Source: a virus
Lineage: Duplodnaviria; Caudoviricetes
Virus record (IMG/VR): IMGVR_UViG_3300048892_000092
Coordinates: 1-47,156 of that record
Length of the DNA: 47,156 bases
Reading direction: 5' to 3' (one strand)
Notes under the pieces: model-generated
Told to the model about the DNA's origin: nothing
The model's database searches: none
The model's input: only the letters and a program-made list of their open reading frames with translations
Part shown: piece by piece, positions 18,609 to 28,430 of the stretch
Layout of the letters: the number at the start of each line of letters is the position of its first letter
How positions within the stretch are numbered: the first letter of the stretch is position 1
Translations under genes and position numbers: made by a program

Positions 18609-20747
18609 ATGGCCCCTCCGAAACCACGCCCCGGCGGCAGGGCCGCAGCTGTTTCAGGCGGCTGGATCCAGCCCAACCCGACGGTGAAGGTCACCCCCGC
18701 GGTGACGCAGTTCACGCAGCCCGGCTGGACGCCGCAGCGCGGAGCCGCGCAGGCGATCGCGCGCGGCTACGTCACCTACAACAAGCCGATCACCGTCAAG
18801 CCCTACACGATCCCCCCTTACACGCAGGCCGACCGGCAGCGGCAGCAGGTGTCGGCACAGACGGCGGTCAACCGCGGCTACATCGCTCCGAACCCGAACA
18901 TCAACTGGGGCGGCGCAGGAGGCGCTGGCGCTGGACGCGCTGGCGTTGGCGGCGCCGCTGGTGCCCAGCCTTCGTGGGCGAACCCGTACGCGGCGCTGCA
19001 GAAGCAGCTCGGGCAGATCCTCTCCCCGGCGCAGATGAACGCGCAGGCGAGCAAGTACGCGAGCGACGCGATCAACGCGCAGCTCGCCGCGGAGAAGAGC
19101 AGCTCGGCGCTGGAGCAGCAGCAGCTGATGAGCCAGGCGACGCGCGCGAACGAGATGGCGAAGGCGCTCGGGCAGATCAGCGCCCCGAGCGGCCAGTCGA
19201 TCCAGGACGCCTACATGCAGGCGGCCCGCTTCGAGCAGGGGCTCGGCACCGGCCTGACCGGCGACGTCGCCGCCTCGCAGCAGCAGGCGGCCGACCAGGC
19301 CTCCGCGCAAATCTCGCAGATGACCGGCGGGCTCGCGAACCAGGTCGGCGGCTACGACATCCCGGCCGAGCGCTCGGTGGCGCAGCTGACCGGCGTCGTG
19401 ATGCCCGCGCGCAACCTCGCCGAGCAGGCCGCGAACGCCTCCACCCTGACCCAGTTCCAGCGCGGCGCGAACATCCAGCAGGTGGGTGCGATCGCGCGCG
19501 ACTACATCCAGAAGGCCTCCGACGCCTCGGCCGCCGCCGCCGCGGAGCGGGCGAAGATCCTCGCGACCCGCCCCGACCTGACCGACAAGCAGGTGCAGGC
19601 GCTGCAGGCGAACCGCACGAACCAGATCCAGCAGCTGATGAGCCTGGCGCAGGGCACGGTGCAGTACCACCAGGCGCTGAGCCAGCAGCAGAACCAGGCG
19701 TTCAACCAGGCCTACAACACGGCGCAGCTGAAGCAGCGCCAACTCGAGTTCGGGCAGAACCTCGGCCAGCGGCAGACCGAGTTCGGAGCGAACCTCGGGC
19801 AGCGCGCGACCGAGTACCTGGGCAACCTCGGCGTCTCACTGGGCAACCTCGACGTCTCGAAGGCGAACCAGGTCGTCAACGCCCTCAACGCCTCGGTCAA
19901 CCGCAAGGTGGCGCTGTCGCAGAACGACGTCAACATCCTCAACTCGAACGTCAACCGCCGCGTTGCATTGAAGAACGCGGCCACCTCGGCGCTGAACGCG
20001 GCTACCGCTGCCACCACCGCCAGCGGCAACCAGGTGATCAACCTGATGAACGCGACCCGGCAGATGAACAGCGCCGCGACCTACGACGCCTACCTGAACT
20101 CGAAGATCACGAACACCACCGCCGAGCTGAACTGGAAGAAGCAGTACGACAAGATGAAGATCAAGATCGACAAGTTCATCGCGGAGCACAACGCGGCCTA
20201 TCAGAGCGGCTCGCTCGACGTCAGGGCGCAGGCGAACCAGGTTGCCGCGCAGGCGAATCAGATCAGGCAGAACGAGTACGCGAGCCGAGATCAGATCAAT
20301 CGCTGGAACGCCTACATCAAGGCGACCGGGAAGCTGCCACCGGCCTGGGGTGGCGGCAACGCGCTCGGCACCTACGTCGACCCGAAGACCGGCAAGGTGC
20401 GACCGCTGCCGACGAACACGATCATCGGCCCGAAGGGCCTGCCGATCGACGCGACCCCGTCGGCCAAGTCGGCGGGGAAAACAGCGGTGCCGAGCTACAC
20501 CGACATCACGAACTTCGGCAAGCTGATGAAAGAGGGCGTCGAGGCGAGACTGAACCCGGGCCAGATAAACAGGATGACCCGTCCGCAGACCGTCTGGCCG
20601 CGGAAGCGGATCGTCGAGTACCTGATGAACAACTGGGGCAACGCCTTCCTCGGTCGGTATCCCGGCCAGAAGAAGATGATCATGCAGGCGGTCGACGCCG
20701 CCGCCAACAACGTGATCGCCCAGTACACGAAGCCCAAGGGGCCGTAG
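18609..20747 (+). CDS. Internal virion (ejection) protein
   Basis: 712 aa Q/A/N-rich helical protein with QRQxEFGxNLG repeats. Confidence 0.65.
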   Translation: MAPPKPRPGGRAAAVSGGWIQPNPTVKVTPAVTQFTQPGWTPQRGAAQAIARGYVTYNKPITVKPYTIPPYTQADRQRQQVSAQTAVNRGYIAPNPNINWGGAGGAGAGRAGVGGAAGAQPSWANPYAALQKQLGQILSPAQMNAQASKYASDAINAQLAAEKSSSALEQQQLMSQATRANEMAKALGQISAPSGQSIQDAYMQAARFEQGLGTGLTGDVAASQQQAADQASAQISQMTGGLANQVGGYDIPAERSVAQLTGVVMPARNLAEQAANASTLTQFQRGANIQQVGAIARDYIQKASDASAAAAAERAKILATRPDLTDKQVQALQANRTNQIQQLMSLAQGTVQYHQALSQQQNQAFNQAYNTAQLKQRQLEFGQNLGQRQTEFGANLGQRATEYLGNLGVSLGNLDVSKANQVVNALNASVNRKVALSQNDVNILNSNVNRRVALKNAATSALNAATAATTASGNQVINLMNATRQMNSAATYDAYLNSKITNTTAELNWKKQYDKMKIKIDKFIAEHNAAYQSGSLDVRAQANQVAAQANQIRQNEYASRDQINRWNAYIKATGKLPPAWGGGNALGTYVDPKTGKVRPLPTNTIIGPKGLPIDATPSAKSAGKTAVPSYTDITNFGKLMKEGVEARLNPGQINRMTRPQTVWPRKRIVEYLMNNWGNAFLGRYPGQKKMIMQAVDAAANNVIAQYTKPKGP

Positions 20748-20750
20748 CCC

Positions 20751-23700
20751 ATGTCACCACCGCGCCGCCCACCGAAGGGCGGCAGGCGTCAGCCTGCCAA
20801 GAGCTTCTACGACAACCCGTTCGCCAAGATGGTCAAGCAGTACGCCGCCGCTCACCCGGCGGAAGCCAAGGCTGTCGCTGCAGCGAAGGCGGTGCCAAAG
20901 CCGCCGCCGAGCAAGCCGATGACGCAGCGCCAGAAGGACGAGGCCGCCGTCACCATGGGCAAGCTGCACCTGCTCCCGACCGACGTGGCGGCGGCGACGC
21001 CGTCGCTGTTCGGGACGAAGAAGGGCGACGTCAAACGGATCGCCACCCATGCGTTCGCGCACGCGCTCCCGACCGGGCCGCTGAAGCCGACGATCACCAC
21101 GCCGCCGACAGCGAAGGAGCAGGCAGCGACCCTGCACCAGCAGGCGACCTGGGCGCGCAACGTCGTCGTGCCCGGCAAGACGGGACAGAAGGCGCGCAAG
21201 CACTTCGTCGCCTCGCTCACCCCCGCGGAGCGGGCGGCGAAGCTGAGCGAGCAGGAGACCGACTACGCCGCGACCAAGGTCGCGACCGACGCGCAGACCT
21301 TCCACGCGCCCCGCTCCGACTTCGGGATCGGCGCCAACACCGACAAGCTCGCCGCGGCGGCGCACGCCGTGGCGGGGGTGACCAAGGCCGTCCTGCCCAC
21401 CGTCCACCGTGACCCGTTCACGCACCAGCCGGTGCTCGGCGCTCCCCCCGCCGCGATCGGCGCCGGGCACATCATCGGCGACATTGCCCACGGCGGCGCC
21501 GTCGAGGCCCCGGCGATCGGCAACTTCATCCTTCACCAGCAGCCGCTGAAGGGCGCGATCGACACCGCCCGCGCCGGGATCGCGGTCGCGCGCGGGGACA
21601 TCGGCGCACCGATCGCGAACGTCGCCGACGCGGTGCGCTCCGGGATCCACTCAGTGACCGGCCTCGGCCGTGCCGCGACCGAGATCGGGCAAGGGGACGT
21701 CGGCGGCGGGACACGGCTCGGGCTCAGCTCGGCGGCCGGGGCGGCGCAGGCCGGAGGGCTCGTCCCGCCCGGAGCGCTCGGACAGGTCGGCAGCCTCCCG
21801 ACTGACGTGCTCGGCGGGCTCGGCAAGGTCGCGGTCGGCACCGCCGCCTCGATCCCCGGCATGGGGGCGCATCCGATCCGCTCGGTCGACGAGGCAGTCG
21901 GCTTCATCCGCGGCGGCGGCGACGCGGCGATCGCGCTCGGTTTCCTGCTTCAGCCGAGCATCAGCAGCCACGACCGCAACCGCGTTTACAGCCAGCTCTT
22001 CCACGGGTTCGTGGACGACCTGATGAACAAGTACGGGCCCGGCGTGACCTGGAAGCAGGCGGTCAAGAACGGCTTCGACCAGCCGCTGATCCACGCTCTC
22101 GACGGGTTGGCGGTGGCCGCCCCGCTCGCGAAGAGCGCGTCGGTGATGCGCTACTGGAAGCTCCCCGGCGTCAGCTTCGAGGACGCGGTCAGGCTGTCGC
22201 GCGATCCGACCCGGCTCGGCGAGATCGCCCCCGGCGCCGAGGCGCCGCGCCCGTCGCGCACCGCCACGATCAGGGGCAAGAACATCGACCCCTACCAGGT
22301 GCCGCTGCATGAGTCGCAGAGCCCGCTCTGGCGCGGCATCACCCGCAACGTCGGCGACCCGCTCGCGCGTGGCGTCGAGAAGGTTGCCGGGCCCCGCTTC
22401 CCGCTCTCGGAGACGAAGAAGGGGCTGCGCGCGCAGACGCAGCTCTCCAAGCAGCAGGTGCGCCGCTACGCCGCGCAGGCGCACGCGCTGATGAACCAGG
22501 TCAACAGCTATCTCGGCAAGGAGCCGGAGCAGGGCGTGCGCCTGTTCCTCTCCCACCAGCGCCCCGCCGACATCCCCGAGGACGTGTGGCTGAAGGCGGC
22601 GCTGAAGAACACGCAGGACATGCTGGAGGAGGGCCCGGCGCAGGCCGCTCGCAAGCTGACTCCGCGCGAGCAGCAGCTGCTGCGGCAGGTGAAGGCGATG
22701 CGGGCGGGGGTCGACCGGCTCTCGCAGGAGCGCTGGGGGCGCCGCGTCGAGGACGTCTACCACGAACAGGAGCGTCTGCACCATTCGCTGCTCCTGAACG
22801 AGCACCACCTGAAGGGCGCCCGCGAGCGGCTACGCGCTGTCGAGGGCCCCGACGAGGCGGGCGTCTACACCGCCTCGATCTACAAGCTGCGCACCGATCG
22901 GCTCGCGCTGGAGCAGCAGCTGCAGAAGCTCGCGCCCGACGACCCGGAGATCCCGGTGATCCGCGGCGCGCTGCACCAGACGACCGAGCGCATCTCGGCG
23001 CTGGAGAGCGGCCGTGCGCATTCGCTGGAGCTGGGCGACGTCGCGAAGGGCACCAGGATCCAGGGCGCCCGCGACGACGTGCGCACGCTGGAGAACACGC
23101 GCAGCGCGCTGCAGGAGCAGCTCGACGCGCTGACCGTCGGCCAGGCGCCGGTCGAGTCGGAGATGCGCACCACCCTGATCAACCGGATGAACGAGCTGCC
23201 CGGCGTCAGTGACGAGGAGGCGGCGCATCTGACGAACCTGTTCGACACCTCGGCGCGACGCTGGGGCGATCACTTCAACCGCGACCCGGGCGAGTTCTAC
23301 AGCGACCCGACCGGCTTCGGGTTGAAGGAGATCAGGATGATCCAGGAGCACGCCGACGCGCAGCTACCCGAGGGGGTGCTCGCGCAGACCAGGACGTCGG
23401 CGATCGCGGCGAACGCCAACCGGATCGACCCCGAGGGCGCCTACCCGCGCAGCGACTCCGGCCGTCTCTATTACAACGATGAGCACCGCGGGCTCGTCGA
23501 GACGCTCGACCAGGCCGAAGTCGCCGACGTGGCGGCGAAGCGCGCCTATCCCGGCAAGGCCAACGCCGACCACCCGAAGCGAGTCGAGGCGAGGGACGCG
23601 CTCGCCAAGGCGCGCGAGGACGAGCTGTACGCCCGCATCTGGTACGGCTCGCGCGCCTCGAAGGGCCAGGTGCCGCGGGTGGCCGGACGGCGGGCGCTCG

Positions 23701-26700
23701 CCAACCGGCTGGTGGCCGCCTACAAGGGCCGGGTCGGGGCGCTCCCCTCTCGGGGCCGCACCCCGCGGGAGATGGAGCAGCTGATGGCGCTGCTCGACGA
23801 GTTGCGCATCCACGGCGAGTCGGGGCGGATGTGGTACGAGGATTCCGCCCGCGCGATCATGGAGCTGGCGGGGGGTGACAAGGAGCGGGCTGCTCAGATC
23901 GCCCAGCTGGTCGCGATCTACTCGCCCCAGAAGGCCGTGATCCCGAACATGGGCGAGGCGATCAAGGCCTACAACACCTGGCTGATGAAGCGGCCGATCG
24001 ACAACGGCCAGGACTGGCAGAAGGCCGCAGCGCAGCGTGTGCTCGACGGCGAGGGCGACTGGGACGGGCGGAAGACGAACAACTTCTACCGCAACTTCCT
24101 CGAAGACATCGACAAGGCGCGCTGGAAGAAGGAGCGGTATCTGACCAAGGCCGAGCAGCGCAAGGCGCTCGCCGACAACAAGATTTACAAGGGGCAGACC
24201 GAGCTGGGCGAGGTGACCGCCGACATGTGGATGGCCCGCGTGTTCGGCTACCTGCGCACGGGCGTGTCCGAGGGCCGCTATGACGTGATCGAGTCGGTGA
24301 CCAAGCAGATCGCGAAGGAGACCGGCTGGAAGCCGAAGCAGGTGCAGGCGGCGATCTGGACGGCGATCAAGGACAAGTCGGACGACGTCAGCGCCAACGT
24401 CGACTTCGCCGACGCGATCGGGCGCCACCACGGGATCGTCAACTACGAGACGGCGCCGGGCTCGACCTACGTCGGCCCCTTCAACGACGTTTACAAGGCC
24501 TGGGATCCCGAGACGCAGCAGGCGTTCCTCGCCGCCACCAGTCGCCCGATCGACCAGTTCCTGCAGGACGCCGGGGTTCTCCACCGCCGCAGCGAGTTCG
24601 GCCCCGGCATCTACGAAGGTGTCGCCTCACCGGGTGCGCGGCTGCGTCTGGTCGCGACGCGCGCCAGGGAGGATCCCTACACGGTCGACCCGACTCAGCG
24701 CGACATGTTCAACTACGTCGCCGCCTCGATCGGCCGGGCGACGTTGCAGAACTCTGTCGCCTGGGCGCGCGGCTTCCTGCCGACGGCGCTCAAGCACGCC
24801 GACACGATGGCGGTCTCGATCGGTCGGAGAGCCTCCGACGAGGAGGCGCTTCAGCTTCACCGGCTGCTCAACCCGGAGGGTCAGCCCACGCGGGTGTTCG
24901 TCGTTCACGCCGGGAACGAGGGCCTGCTGCTGCGCAAGGATCCCGGGCTCGCCGACGAGGTTTTCCCCAACCACCTGCCCGGCAAGCGCTACCATGAGAG
25001 TTTCCAGGGACAGGTCGAGACAGCGCTCGACCAGGTCTTCCCTGATGCTCCTCGCGACTTGCTCAGATCAGACGGGGAGCTGGTCGAGAACGACTGGTCA
25101 ACCGGAACGGAGGGTTACGACAATGCCATCGAAAGCGCGCTTGGCAACACAGGAGACGCTGAACAGGTTCTTCGGTTCAGGCAACTTGCTGATCGGCTCG
25201 CCAGTGACACCGCAGCCGTCAGAGACGAATTCGGCGCAGACTCCGCAGCAGCCGTCGAACGTCACGCCGACCTCGCCGGAGCCCGCAGCGCTGCCGCCCG
25301 AGGGCGAGCAGCCCGCCTAGAACAGAAGAGCGTCACCCCGCCCGCGCTGCTCTCCCAGACGCGCGGGCAAGACCTCTACGGCGCCGTCGAGTTCCTGCAC
25401 ACGCCGGAGGGGCAGCGGATTCTCCACCTCACCCAGCAAGCGGACGTCTCGACGCTGCTGCATGAGCTGTACGGGCACAACGTGCGCGAGATCGCCGCCG
25501 CCTACCCGGAGCAGTGGGCCCGCATCGAGGCCTTCGTCGGCAAGCCGCTCGCCGAGTGGGAGCCGGAGGATCATGAGCGCTTCGCTCGCTGGTCGGAGCG
25601 CTACTTCGCCGACGGCGTCGCGCCGACGCCGGAGCTGGTGCCGGTCTTCCAGCACCTGAAGCGCAGCTACCGCGAGACCTACGGGGCGATGAACCGGATC
25701 GGGCGCCCGCCGCCGCCCGAGGTGAAGGCCCTGTTCGACGAGATGTTCGGCTCCTACGACGACCCGAACGTGTTCCGGGTCGCGAACATGAGCACCTCGA
25801 TCCCGCACGACATGCGCTCTGCGGAGCAGCACGCGATCTTCGAGTTCACCTCCAAGCAGCTCGCCGACCTACGGCGCCGCAACGACGCGCGTGCCTACAG
25901 CCGCTCGATCGAGAAGCTGCAGAAGGACTACGAGAAGCAGGGGGAGAAGGCCGATGCGGCGGGCGGCTTCGACAACCTGAGCGAGGACGACCAGACCAAG
26001 ATGATCGCCACCCGCTCGCAGCTCTTGACGATGCAAGCGGAGAAGACGATGGCCGACGTCGACCGCGCCACCGGCCTGCGCCGCCGGGTCGAGCAGATCG
26101 AGGCGGCGCTCGCGAACCCGACCGGCCCCGCCTACGAGGGGGCGCTGGCGGCGCTCGGTCAGCTGACCGTGATGCGCGAGAACATCCTCAAGACGGTGTT
26201 CGGCGACAAGTACGACCCGGTGTTCGAGAACCGCGTCGACCTACTCGCCGACCACCTCGTCGACAAGGGGCTGATCGAGCCCGACTTCGCGCGCGGCACC
26301 GCCAAGTACGCGCCGCACATGCCGCTCGGCGGCAAGGAGCCGCGGCGGATCGACCGCCCGGCGCAGGGGCTGGAGGGCGGCGTGATCGGTCAGGTCGACC
26401 AGTCGCTGCTCGGATTGCACAACAAGAACAACCTCTACCGCTGGCAGAACGGCGATCTCTCCACCGACCCGAAGGTGATCTTCGACGTCTGGCAGAACGC
26501 GCAGGCGTTCGCGTTCATCAAGGAGATGAAGGATCTGTTGTTCGACATGGGACGGCCGCTTGGGCGCGACGAGCCGATCCCCGACAACGTGTTCCTGGTC
26601 AAGAAGGACGGCACCCCGGTGCCGCACGTCCAGAAGGTCGCGTCGGGGGTTGCCTCGACCGACGAGGTGCAGGACGCGCTCACCGCGCTGGAGGCGCGCG

Positions 26701-28430
26701 ACCCGGCCAAACTCGAGGAAGTCGTCACTCGCTACGTCGATGACACGTTCCTGAAGAGCGAGGACGTGCGCGCCTCGATCCAGGCCGCGGGGGCCGAGAG
26801 CGCCGACGCCGCGCTCGCCGCCCGCATGAAGCTCGACAACGTCCGCGTGATCGACCGCCACATCGTCGAGGGCCTGTTCCGCCCGCTCCGTGGCGGCACC
26901 TCGACCGCCAGCCGCGCCGTCGACTGGTCGAACACGGTCGCGCGCTGGAGCCTGATCTACACCAACCCGGCCTACATCCCGACCAACTTCATCGCCAACA
27001 ACTTCTACCTGCTCGCTCAACAGGGCCCGCTCGCCGTCGCCAACCTGACGCGCGCCTCGAAGATGCTCCTGAACGACAAGGAGTTCGCGATCAGGGTCGC
27101 GGGCGAGGGCGGCGAGCTGCCCGCCCAGGCGGCGATCGCGCGCGGGCGCGGAATCGGGCAGGGGCTGCGACAGCGCGAGGAGCGCTACCTGCGCAGAATC
27201 ACGGCGGTGCCCGACAAGCTGCCGCGGATGGCGGCCTGGGTGTACGAAGCCCGCCGCATGGGCTACAGGACGAAGGAGGACATGCTGCGGCTGATCGACG
27301 CGGAGCCGGGCACGGCGCTCGCTCGCAGACGCGACCTCGTCGCGCACCGCACGAACGAGATCATGGTCAACTTCGACCGGCTCTCCGACTGGGAGCGCCA
27401 GACCGTCACGAAGGTGCTGTTCATCTGGCCGTGGATCCGCGGCGCGACTGCCTGGCCGTTCTACTACGCGAAAGAGTTCCCGGTGCAGACGGCGATCGGC
27501 GCCAACCTCGGGCAGGTTGCCGAGGACAGGCGCAAGGCGATGATGGGCAACGTCCGCTCCGCGTACCGCGACCTATTCCCGATCACGAAGCACGGCCAGT
27601 TCGCGCGCACGATCAACGTGGGGGCGCTTTCGCCTACCTCGACCGCCGCCAGCTCGCTGCAGGCGATCCTCGACCTGGGCCGGATCAACGTGCCGAGCGA
27701 GCAGGGCTCGCGCGTGATGGACTTCTTCAACCCGCTCTGGCAGGGGATCACGCAGAACGTGACCGGCATGAACGACTACGGGCAGCCGATCTCGCACAAG
27801 GACGCGCTGTTCGACTCGGCTGTCAACTTCGTCCCCTTCGGCGGCATCATCCGCCAGGTGATCGACCCGACGAAGGCCTCGAAGGTCTACAACCGGCGCG
27901 ACTGGAAGGCGCTGCTCGAACGCCGCGTCGGCAGGGTGCTGCCGATGGAGGTCGACCTGAACCGGCTGCACGCCTTCCAGACCCAGAACGGGAAGAAGAC
28001 GACGCAGCAGCGGCTGGACGACAAGATGGCCTCGCTCGTCAAAAGCCGCAACAAGGTGGGCGGAACGATGCCGATCCCGAAGAGCGTCCGCCACGCGCTG
28101 CTGATCCAGACGATGTACGAGGAGGAGGTCGCGCGCCAGGAGCACGACCTCGGGCAGTCCTCCGACTGGCACCCGAAGCGGCCGGGCGCGCAGCCGACCT
28201 TGTCGCCGCTGCAGCGGGCCCGGGTTGTCTACTCGCTCTACCTCAAGACCTTCCCGACCGCTCGGGGGGTGCTGCCGCCACCTGAGCAGATCAACAAGAG
28301 CGGTCTCGACATCTACTCGGACGGCCTGCTGTACGGGAACGAGAGCGAGGGTTTCCCGCGTCAGGATGCGCTGCTCGGGCCGCTGCAGGAGTACCGCTCC
28401 GACCTCTCGAAGGAGAAGACCGGTGGCTGA
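20751..28430 (+). CDS. Giant polyvalent internal virion/ejection protein (2,559 aa)
   Basis: Last of the ejection genes; HhH-GPD-like segment (about 23.8-24.4 kb), zincin-like DVSTLLHELYGH (25.46 kb), C-terminal NPAYIPTNF...VNFDRLSDWE region. Confidence 0.75.
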   Translation: MSPPRRPPKGGRRQPAKSFYDNPFAKMVKQYAAAHPAEAKAVAAAKAVPKPPPSKPMTQRQKDEAAVTMGKLHLLPTDVAAATPSLFGTKKGDVKRIATHAFAHALPTGPLKPTITTPPTAKEQAATLHQQATWARNVVVPGKTGQKARKHFVASLTPAERAAKLSEQETDYAATKVATDAQTFHAPRSDFGIGANTDKLAAAAHAVAGVTKAVLPTVHRDPFTHQPVLGAPPAAIGAGHIIGDIAHGGAVEAPAIGNFILHQQPLKGAIDTARAGIAVARGDIGAPIANVADAVRSGIHSVTGLGRAATEIGQGDVGGGTRLGLSSAAGAAQAGGLVPPGALGQVGSLPTDVLGGLGKVAVGTAASIPGMGAHPIRSVDEAVGFIRGGGDAAIALGFLLQPSISSHDRNRVYSQLFHGFVDDLMNKYGPGVTWKQAVKNGFDQPLIHALDGLAVAAPLAKSASVMRYWKLPGVSFEDAVRLSRDPTRLGEIAPGAEAPRPSRTATIRGKNIDPYQVPLHESQSPLWRGITRNVGDPLARGVEKVAGPRFPLSETKKGLRAQTQLSKQQVRRYAAQAHALMNQVNSYLGKEPEQGVRLFLSHQRPADIPEDVWLKAALKNTQDMLEEGPAQAARKLTPREQQLLRQVKAMRAGVDRLSQERWGRRVEDVYHEQERLHHSLLLNEHHLKGARERLRAVEGPDEAGVYTASIYKLRTDRLALEQQLQKLAPDDPEIPVIRGALHQTTERISALESGRAHSLELGDVAKGTRIQGARDDVRTLENTRSALQEQLDALTVGQAPVESEMRTTLINRMNELPGVSDEEAAHLTNLFDTSARRWGDHFNRDPGEFYSDPTGFGLKEIRMIQEHADAQLPEGVLAQTRTSAIAANANRIDPEGAYPRSDSGRLYYNDEHRGLVETLDQAEVADVAAKRAYPGKANADHPKRVEARDALAKAREDELYARIWYGSRASKGQVPRVAGRRALANRLVAAYKGRVGALPSRGRTPREMEQLMALLDELRIHGESGRMWYEDSARAIMELAGGDKERAAQIAQLVAIYSPQKAVIPNMGEAIKAYNTWLMKRPIDNGQDWQKAAAQRVLDGEGDWDGRKTNNFYRNFLEDIDKARWKKERYLTKAEQRKALADNKIYKGQTELGEVTADMWMARVFGYLRTGVSEGRYDVIESVTKQIAKETGWKPKQVQAAIWTAIKDKSDDVSANVDFADAIGRHHGIVNYETAPGSTYVGPFNDVYKAWDPETQQAFLAATSRPIDQFLQDAGVLHRRSEFGPGIYEGVASPGARLRLVATRAREDPYTVDPTQRDMFNYVAASIGRATLQNSVAWARGFLPTALKHADTMAVSIGRRASDEEALQLHRLLNPEGQPTRVFVVHAGNEGLLLRKDPGLADEVFPNHLPGKRYHESFQGQVETALDQVFPDAPRDLLRSDGELVENDWSTGTEGYDNAIESALGNTGDAEQVLRFRQLADRLASDTAAVRDEFGADSAAAVERHADLAGARSAAARGRAARLEQKSVTPPALLSQTRGQDLYGAVEFLHTPEGQRILHLTQQADVSTLLHELYGHNVREIAAAYPEQWARIEAFVGKPLAEWEPEDHERFARWSERYFADGVAPTPELVPVFQHLKRSYRETYGAMNRIGRPPPPEVKALFDEMFGSYDDPNVFRVANMSTSIPHDMRSAEQHAIFEFTSKQLADLRRRNDARAYSRSIEKLQKDYEKQGEKADAAGGFDNLSEDDQTKMIATRSQLLTMQAEKTMADVDRATGLRRRVEQIEAALANPTGPAYEGALAALGQLTVMRENILKTVFGDKYDPVFENRVDLLADHLVDKGLIEPDFARGTAKYAPHMPLGGKEPRRIDRPAQGLEGGVIGQVDQSLLGLHNKNNLYRWQNGDLSTDPKVIFDVWQNAQAFAFIKEMKDLLFDMGRPLGRDEPIPDNVFLVKKDGTPVPHVQKVASGVASTDEVQDALTALEARDPAKLEEVVTRYVDDTFLKSEDVRASIQAAGAESADAALAARMKLDNVRVIDRHIVEGLFRPLRGGTSTASRAVDWSNTVARWSLIYTNPAYIPTNFIANNFYLLAQQGPLAVANLTRASKMLLNDKEFAIRVAGEGGELPAQAAIARGRGIGQGLRQREERYLRRITAVPDKLPRMAAWVYEARRMGYRTKEDMLRLIDAEPGTALARRRDLVAHRTNEIMVNFDRLSDWERQTVTKVLFIWPWIRGATAWPFYYAKEFPVQTAIGANLGQVAEDRRKAMMGNVRSAYRDLFPITKHGQFARTINVGALSPTSTAASSLQAILDLGRINVPSEQGSRVMDFFNPLWQGITQNVTGMNDYGQPISHKDALFDSAVNFVPFGGIIRQVIDPTKASKVYNRRDWKALLERRVGRVLPMEVDLNRLHAFQTQNGKKTTQQRLDDKMASLVKSRNKVGGTMPIPKSVRHALLIQTMYEEEVARQEHDLGQSSDWHPKRPGAQPTLSPLQRARVVYSLYLKTFPTARGVLPPPEQINKSGLDIYSDGLLYGNESEGFPRQDALLGPLQEYRSDLSKEKTGG
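25123..25320 (+). CDS. Candidate nested +1-frame gene inside the giant protein (65 aa)
   Basis: GGAGG at 25109-25113, ATG at 25123; codon bias switches to this frame. Confidence 0.5.
   Translation: MPSKARLATQETLNRFFGSGNLLIGSPVTPQPSETNSAQTPQQPSNVTPTSPEPAALPPEGEQPA

Noticed and set aside
18974-21412. Long alternative-frame and antisense ORFs (e.g. 18974-21412, 2680-4467, 4050-5438, 23364-24584)
   Set aside because: Arg/Ala/Pro-rich shadow ORFs expected in high-GC DNA; they overlap well-supported genes and lack SD or codon support.
20751-28430. Virion RNA polymerase (N4- or crAss-like) reading the hairpin elements
   Set aside because: No DxDGD or T7-like polymerase motifs were recognised; GDWDGRK lies inside the glycosylase-like segment.
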